Below, piece by piece: positions 55,751 to 64,000 of a stretch of DNA of 64,000 nt (positions are counted from its first letter, which is position 1; each line of letters starts with the position of its first letter). The notes beneath the pieces are model-generated. The model ran no database searches. It saw nothing but the letters and a program-made list of their open reading frames with translations, and was not told the DNA's origin. The translations under genes and the position numbers were made by a program. This DNA is from Chrysomallon squamiferum (Eukaryota > Animalia > Mollusca): positions 31,186,001 to 31,250,000 of the forward strand of contig CM022670.1 in NCBI GenBank assembly GCA_012295275.1. The letters run 5' to 3'.

Positions 55751-58700
55751 ATTACAATTATTTTTAATGTATTCTTCATCTAAAACAAATCAACAGTGGC
55801 TTGCTTGTTAATCTGATTTCGAAAATACTGATAAAGAATGATCGATGTATGTGTCAAAATATGATTTTACTTTTTTATTTTCATTTTTTTTTATTATTCA
55901 TATTGTTATTTTTATTATTATTATTATCATTGTTTTGGTTTTTTTTAATGAATTTAATCATTGTTGGAGCGTTCAAATTCTATTAGCTATGTCTAGAACA
56001 TGTCAGATTTGAATGTTAAATGGTCAAATTTTCTACTGAAGAGCTTTTGGAACTATTTATTTACAACCCTTGTTCATTCTATTATAAATACTTTTTTCTT
56101 CTTTTTAGTAGATGTAAACGTATAGTAAATATAAGAATTATATACTATGAATATACGCTTTTGAACTGAGAATATTCAATTCCGTAGTACAATGATACGT
56201 TTTAGTGTTCTAGGTTTTTTCTCTACTGTATCATTTTGTAATTATGAAAATTAAACTGGATGAGGTAACAAACAACAGAATAATAGAAGTTATTTCTATT
56301 TCATTAAAAACACATCAGTTTAATTTTGTTTCTTTTCATATACAGAACAGGATAAAAAGTAGATTTACGATTTGCAGCATTTCTGTATAACGTATTAAAT
56401 CATTTTCAAAAACACTACTTTGCATGCTAAACAACACAAAGATACATCTTTTTACATAAATTAAACTAGATTTTGCTTAATAGCAAAGGAATGAGGGTTT
56501 TAGTTCTAAAAAGCATCATTATCAAAATCACAGTTGTTTTAGAAAATAGACCATACTAGACTGATTGGTATTTCCTCCAGATGTGCCATGAAAGAGATTT
56601 TGATTAGCCATTTTAGTGATCACACTGACAGAGTAGTCTCTGGATGTTTATCACGCATGAAAAGTAGAAAGGTACAATCACTCTGCACAGTTATACAAAC
56701 GTATCAAAGATGCACCCCTCTGTCATATTTTTCATAATGTGTGAGATGACGTAAGCTTAATTCTTTTCTTTTTTATTTGAATTTGTTTCTTATAACAATA
56801 AAAATAATAAACATTTAGTTATTAAACAGTGAAAGAGGATATTTGTTCAAATTTGCATGTTAACTCAAATATGTATCTGTATGTGTATTAAAATCACACT
56901 CACACACACCCTGACCGTATCTATCTGTGATTCAGTGAATTAGTAAAACACAGAATCAGGTGTTGTTGTATTAATTATAGTTAAAATGCTGAGAAAGAAT
57001 GTCACAAATCAATAAACACACAAAAAGTATGTGTTTATCTTCAGGTTATCATTATATATGTTATTATATTTTTTAATAATGTATGTATATTATTTGCATA
57101 TAAATGTACCAAAATATGTATGTATATAATTGTTTGAGTTCTTTCATATTAAACGCATTATTTTAAATATGCAAACAAACGTTCGTACAAAAACATACAC
57201 ACACGAGAGCACACATACACACCACACACATACACATGCATGTATATAATGCATATTCACTTGCTTATGTGGCTAGTTATTATGTAACACACACACACAT
57301 CACTATAAAATTAAACACTTCTGCTTAACAGGATTAATGATATGTTTAGTATTATTAAAAACTGCTCGTACTTTAAAGTTTGTATTAATTTCTAATTTCT
57401 AATTTTATTTTTTATTTTATATTCTTTTATTTTTATTTTTAATATTTTTTTATTTTTTATTTTAATATTAAAATAACCCGGAGTATTAAAGTACTTCTTA
57501 ACGAAATCTGTAGAAATATGAGTCGTAAAATGTCACACATTCGATTGATGCTCTGGTGAAAACTTTGTTACTCGCGGCTTAAAGAAGTGATAAAAAAAAT
57601 CTGCTATTTTACATGAAATAAAATATTTAAAAAAAACATTGGCAATACCAGACGGTCGCCCTGCAGCTCACTTAATCTTTTTTACGCAAATAAAGAAGTT
57701 GCCTGGAAGCAGCTAAAAAAATAAAACAAAAAAAAATGTAAAAATAAAACTGAATGTGTGAAAGCCCTGTATTGTAAAAATCATTTCATTTAAGATATTA
57801 ATCTTCTTATTTTTATCTGCTTGCTAATTGTATCTGTAGGTCAAACTTGCGGCAGTTATAAAAAAAAGAATAAAAAGATGTTCAGCTACGTTACATGAAA
57901 CAAGAAGATATTCATTTACTTGGTTATGGTACATCAGATTTGATTGTTATTTCATGTATGTGTTGAGATCAAGACAAATGTGACTTTTCAAATGAAATGA
58001 ACTTATTTAAGATAACGAATAAAAATTTGTCTGCAAAAATTTAAAAACATTTGAGAGAAAAAAAAGACGAAAAAAGACATCCAGTTTAATAATTACTAGT
58101 GTTGTTAAATATAACATGCTGCACGAACTAGCAGAAGAACGGCGATAAAGTCACATAGTTAATAAATACTGACATTTATAAACATGCATTAACACACACT
58201 ATCGGCTATAATATACAACAGAGGCTTAGAGATAATAAAATTCAGACCTTGAAATGTTTTGTTTTTGGGACGGGAGCTGTTGATTAAATTATGAGAAAGC
58301 AAGTGTTTTGTTCTTTGTGTTGTGTATAAGTGTTTATATATGCTGGGTTTTAATCATGTGTTAGATCAATATATTCTTCGACTTACCACCAATCCAGACA
58401 AGCATGCAGCCATCACGTGTTTTATCATTTTTTACGTTTTAATGTCTGAACAGACAACCACATTTAACGTCGATAATATCAGAGATATCCTGTCATTATC
58501 TCCCTCTAATAGACTCTTCACTGACAAGAGGTAATGTTGATGATGTAATGTCCTGGATACCAATCACTAGTTTCAAATGCACCATATGGTTACAGCAAAA
58601 TTAGTGATTTGTTTTTCTTTTTTCTTCTTTTCTTTTTTTTTCTTTTTCTTTTTTACCGTTTTCTTCTTCAAAAGTCATTTTTCTAGTTGACGATATTGTT

Positions 58701-59972
58701 AGTTTTATTATTACTAGCTGTTATTAAAACAGCAGGCGTAATGGAGTAATAATTTACAATCATGTTACTGCTGATGATGGTAGTAGTAAAAGAGTATAGT
58801 AGTTGCAGTTATAATATTAGCATTGGCCGTTATGGTTTTATTAATGATAACAGTAGTTGTTCTCGTGATTATGATCCTGACTGATGGTTACGGCGATGGA
58901 GATAGTATTAACAAACGTAATACTATTAATATTAGTGGTCATAATATCAACAGAAAATAGCACCTGTGGCAAGCACTGAAACCTTTCCAAGCCTCTGACA
59001 TCCACTCAAGCTTATTAGAAAGAGCTCAGGACAAGAGCCATACAATAGCAGCAGCTGTTGTTATTTAATTAGAAACTAGGGCATCTTTAGAAGCTGCGAA
59101 ACACTACTGGAATATGTTGATGGAACCCCTCTCCAGATCTCTGTTCGAAGACTATCCAAGTTTTACTTGACTAGCACGCGGAGCACTTAGTAAAACTGGT
59201 TTAAAGCCTGGCCTGCTAGTAGAAGCTATCGTAGTTGTGGCTGTGTCAAAAGCTGCAGGATATTTGTATTAGCAATAATAATAATAATAATAGTAAAGGC
59301 AATAGTAAATTTGCTGATGTAGCGGCAATAGAAGCATCAGCATTTGGAACATTAGTAGTAGTGGTAATAATATTAAATGCTGCAGTAAACTGAGGGAAAT
59401 GGAACTTTAAGCTGTTATCGGTTTTGCTGCTGTATTTGTTATTGTTGACATGTTATATAGCCGTCGCATGAAAAATTATATATATGAAAAACTGATAAAA
59501 CCTACATAATCTATTTGCAGCAGCATGTGAAACAGTACAGTTAATTCCATTACATATCTATTTTAGCAAACATAAATTAATAACTTTTATGTCCTATCAT
59601 TTAATAGCAATTAGTTGGAACATTAACAAATGTAGTAGCTGCAAATGGATACGAATTGTTAAAATATTCTAATGACAGATATAGGCTACCACACATACAA
59701 ACACAAGATATATATTTTAAAAAATTCAAAAATAAAAACATGCTAGTAATAATTTACTTTATTTTTTATTTTTTATCTTTTTTATTTTTTGTCAGACTGA
59801 AATGCAACTTTTAAAGGTCCATTTGTTTTGTTTTCTCCCTAAGATACATCATTTATTAGTGATCGCTTTAACATTAATCGTTTTAATGTTTTAAATAGAG
59901 ATACTTTTACTCTGTTGTTAAGAAATTAACATTCTGGCATGTTCTTATTTTCATTTGAACAAGGATCACATT

Positions 59973-61091
59973 TCACATCTGACTTCGACTATAGGTTAAC
60001 TTAAAATCTGACGGAGCAGACGAATCGACAAGTCTTGAAGTCAATGTATATGAATTGTTTTCTTCGGTTTTCGGTTTAGGACAGAACATACCTAAGCAAA
60101 TGTTTCGGAATTTCCCTCCAAAAACACAGTAGTATATGCAGTTCATGCTAGAATTCACCACAGCCACAAAATCTCCGACGTATCCGAAAACAATGCAATA
60201 TAAAGAACATTTGGATTCCCAGTTGAGAAAAGCAAACAGAAGAAGGTCGAGAGCGTCTAAGAAAGTTGAAACAAGAGACGTCGTCGTGATAGCAATTATC
60301 ACGATTGTCAGTCGGGTGTCAGAATTTTTCGATTGATCGTGAATATTTTGAGTTCGCCTGAAAAATGTATGTTCTTTTACTATTCGCACAATTAGAATAT
60401 TGAATATGAACATGGCAGTCATCGGTATCAAGAAACGAAATATGAATCCTAGGTAACCAATGTAAGCGATTTCGTAAAATGTTGATTTATAAAACGGCTT
60501 CTTGTTCGGCGTGAAGTACGTGGCGTGCCGAACCCAGGTCATACTGAGATGCTTGTTGAAATAAAAGTTGGGATGAAACACAACCCACTGAGGAATGTTA
60601 AAGACGATGCACCAAGCGCCCAGCAGTGCCATGATAATGACCAGGCGACGCTGACTCATCAAACTCCTTGCTGCCATGGGTTTTGCTACAGAAACGTAAC
60701 GCTGAATGGTGATTAACGACGTCAGATAGGTCTCTGCCATATAAACAGTCATAAATACGGGGTAGGTCACATCCTTTAGCTCTGACAGTGCCTCTTTTGC
60801 TACGACTCCTACACGAAGATCTTCTGCTAAACGAAAACTGTTTAGAAATAACAGAACAATGTCCAGGTATGCCAAGCAGACCAACAACTTTGTTCCCAAG
60901 CATCTCATAGATTTCTTTCTAAGTACAGCGACGGCTATGATATTTGCAATAATTCCAAGAAGAATGAAAGATAAACCAACAATTCCGAACCCGGAAGCTA
61001 TATTTTCTTCTGTTTTCATTTTTTCGTCAGAGGATTCATTATCTGGTGTAACGAAAGTGTTGTTGCATGTATCAGATGTATTTAGAGACAT
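59973..61091 (-). CDS. FMRFamide-receptor-like / Srw-family class A GPCR, 372 aa, intronless CDS
   Basis: Uninterrupted ORF with N-terminal N-glycosylation sequons (NTS, NNT, NES), seven hydrophobic segments and family motifs: GIIANII...VL, LAYLD (TM2), YP..M....TYLT..ITIQRYVSVAKP (TM3), FNIPQW (TM4), FRFLIP....IFNILI (TM5), NSSMNCIYYC..G.KFR (TM7/H8). Confidence 0.95.
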   Translation of the reverse strand: MSLNTSDTCNNTFVTPDNESSDEKMKTEENIASGFGIVGLSFILLGIIANIIAVAVLRKKSMRCLGTKLLVCLAYLDIVLLFLNSFRLAEDLRVGVVAKEALSELKDVTYPVFMTVYMAETYLTSLITIQRYVSVAKPMAARSLMSQRRLVIIMALLGAWCIVFNIPQWVVFHPNFYFNKHLSMTWVRHATYFTPNKKPFYKSTFYEIAYIGYLGFIFRFLIPMTAMFIFNILIVRIVKEHTFFRRTQNIHDQSKNSDTRLTIVIIAITTTSLVSTFLDALDLLLFAFLNWESKCSLYCIVFGYVGDFVAVVNSSMNCIYYCVFGGKFRNICLGMFCPKPKTEENNSYTLTSRLVDSSAPSDFKLTYSRSQM

Positions 61092-61197
61092 GTTTGAATA
61101 ACAAACGATTTCGGTTTTGATATTCCCAAAGAATTTATGGAATGCAGCACGAACGCATTCAAAATAAATCAGTTCTGTCTTAAAAGTCTACTTGTGT

Positions 61198-62247
61198 CTG
61201 AAATATAGTGGCAACAGAATTAAAAATATTTAGCAATGACAACATTTTTTATAAACAAGACAATCACACCCCAAAAGTAATTAACAGTATCATAACGATT
61301 ATGTATTGATAAACTTATTTTTGATTCGAACAACAGTAACTAAATAAAGATTTTAACGAATTAAAAGATCTGTAACAATATGTTGCCATATTTCTGTTGT
61401 CATATTTCAGAAATTATTTGTAAATATATAAGCAACGTTATCAGCGATAGAATTTACTTAATTCCTCAAAAGTGAACGTATAGCAATCATGGGTTGTAAT
61501 GATCCAGCTTAGAAGAATAATATAATTAATTATAGAAACCTGTAGCCTATGCTAAACATATTCGATACATTACTCATAAACGGCATTAAAGATTGTTCGT
61601 CAGTAAATTATTTGTAAAAAGGGACTTTTTAAAAATAATTATACTGTTACAAGTTTACTACTACGTAATATACACATATTTAGATCATGGTAATAAAAAC
61701 ATTTTTTGAAAACAGTATTTATAAATAATGTTATCGTAGATTACGTTTGCTAATGTATGCATTTTATTTATAACATTCGATAGATTATTTATAAATATTG
61801 TTACATTAGATACATTTTAATGATTCGTATTTTGTTATTACTTAGATTATACTATTCGACAAATTATTTGTAAAAAGGTTTTATAAATTGTATTGTCATA
61901 GATAAATTATAGATACATAATGTACAATTACTTAGGTTATGGGATTGGAATAATTATTTGTAAATTATATTTATACTAAATAAAAAACATAAATTTGACT
62001 TATAAATAATGTTCAGTTACTTTACTTAATAGATATTAAATTTTTTAAAGATATTTATAAATCGATAAATTTTACAAATATATAGCGTACGCTTCTTTAG
62101 TTTATAGTATTTCATAAATTATAATATATGGAACAGTAGAAACAGTATTTATACATTTTGTTACAATAGATACAGCTTACTTATACACAATGAAAAAAAT
62201 TAAATAATTTATGGCAGTCAACAGATTACTTATAAACGGAAACTTAC
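61198..62247 (-). other. Predicted 5'-UTR intron of the FMRFamide-receptor-like gene
   Basis: On the minus strand an acceptor (ttctgttgccactatatttcAG) lies 106 nt upstream of the ATG and a consensus donor (TG|GTAAGT) at 62247-62242; the interval between them is very AT-rich and repetitive, while sequence beyond 62248 is more complex. A second donor (GTGAGT) lies near 62347. Confidence 0.45.
61400..62240. repeat. Highly decayed AT-rich tandem repeat inside the predicted 5'-UTR intron
   Basis: AAATTATTTGTAAA, (C)AGTATTTATAAATA and TAGATTA/TAGATAC motifs recur at roughly 60-bp spacing. Confidence 0.5.
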
Positions 62248-62874
62248 CACAGCTAAATTCACTAGCTCGTCAGTTACCTCAAAATAAATAACTAGCAAAA
62301 TTTCACTGTAGATAGCTAGACAAAACACATATCTCCATGTTACTCACATCTCGCTGTTCAGATGTTGTTGCAGTAGCGAACAGCATAATCTGTTACTCTG
62401 GTTTGTCCATTGTCCAAAAGCCAGTAGTATGTTATAACGACAAGTCATGTAAATTATGTTTATTATAAATGATCGCAGGAGAACACGCATGAAATGTTAA
62501 TGAACCCCTGTGGATAGCTTCATAAATGTCATCATTTTGACAGTGATATTCGAGCTCTAATTCTGAATGCTAATAACGAAAGTAACATTAAAAACCGTGA
62601 AAACAAATATTTGTCCTGCGATATTTCAAATAAATCGTGTCGGTGTCAGTTATCACAGTACGTGAAGTGACAATTTTGTATAACATTTAATCAGAAAAAA
62701 GTTTCTATTAGTGTTTATATTGTTATAGTCAACGTAAAACATCCGTTTTCGTTCCGTAACATAACAGTGTAGAGACATTACTGTTATTGCAAACATTTTA
62801 CTTAATATAGGATTTTGTGATTTAACATAAAAACATTCGAGTTAGTTCTTCATTATTTAATAATGTTATTCATT

Positions 62875-62971
<97 letters not shown>

Positions 62972-63019
62972 CATGTACAAATGTGTATATATGTATGTAT
63001 GTATGCATGCATGCATGTG

Positions 63020-63050
<31 letters not shown>

Positions 63051-64000
63051 TCTGTGTATAAATTCACATGTCTATTTGATTGTTAATTTTCTGTATCTGA
63101 TTTGTCGTTTTCCTGCTAGCAGAGCCTGTACTTCCAAAAAGTCATCGAAAAAAACAAGCAACTATCAAATCGTTAACAGTATATTCAAACAAATGTTAAA
63201 TCGATATAGGAAAAACAACATATTTTTAATTAGCGCTAATGATAATGTTCGTTTCTTCTGTTAATTTTCATTTTTTTTTTTTTTTCAATACCCAACTACA
63301 GTTAGCATAAAATTGTCTGATAAACTGCACAGTAGTACATTATTATTTTTTAATAATATGCTTTTTCTAATTTAAGTGCATATTTTCTTTTTCTTGTATT
63401 ATTTTATTACTGCCAAATTATTTTAATTCTGGTTTAGAAATCTTATCACTATAACTATTTGACTGACAACGTGCAACAGCAAAAAATAATTGTACCTCTT
63501 ATTAATTTTATCATCGTTTTCTGTTCATATTCATAATGCAACTGCTGTTGTTGATGCTGCTGCTGGTCCTACTGCTACTACTAATAATATTACTACTTGC
63601 TGATAAAAAAAAAAATAATAATAATAATTATTATTATTATTATTATTATTACTGTTGTTGTTGTTGTTGTTGTTATTCTTGTTGCTTGACCATCATCATA
63701 ATTACCATTATTATCGCCATCGGTACTAGTAATAACAGTAGGAGAGTTATAGTAATAGTAACAATAGCAATAATAATAGTAGCTATAGTAGTAACAGTAG
63801 CATCATTACAATAATAGTAGCAATAGTTGAAGTCGTAATAGTAGTAGTAGTAGTAATAATAGTGACAGTAGTAGCAGCAGTAATAGTAGTAGTAGTATTA
63901 AAAGAAGTAGTTATAATATTAGTAGCAGCAATAACAGCAATAGTAGTACTAATATCAGCGCAGTAATAGTAACATTAGAGTAATAATAGGATTAGATGTG

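Noticed and set aside
60136-61101. Antisense/overlapping ORFs over the FMRFamide-receptor-like gene, and 13857-14126 over GPCR 1
   Set aside because: Shadow ORFs of real coding sequence, without independent motifs.

Overview
AT-rich, microsatellite-dense eukaryotic (metazoan) DNA; the composition and gene families suggest a mollusc, probably a coleoid cephalopod (inference only). Two convergent class A GPCR genes are supported: (1) the last two coding exons (TM3 to C-tail; 13868-14571 and 15514-15843, +) of a neuropeptide-receptor-type GPCR whose TM1-TM2 exon(s) are not visible in the window, and (2) a complete single-exon-CDS FMRFamide-receptor/Srw-like GPCR (59973-61091, -). The rest is intron/intergenic sequence containing a Tigger/pogo deletion derivative with TIRs and TA TSD, remnants of Tigger-, hAT-, RTE- and SINE-type elements, a 2.5-kb 53-bp satellite with higher-order structure, several decayed minisatellites and two dispersed duplications. 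The most unusual object is a ~2.4-kb element (52230-54622) bounded by 39-bp inverted repeats that carries two convergent decayed genes: a fragmented putative transposon protein and a multi-zinc-finger gene. A compact GC-rich, strongly base-paired island at 8367-8513 is also unexplained. Most ORFs in the supplied track are microsatellite or satellite artefacts. No prokaryotic-type system (CRISPR, operon) is present.
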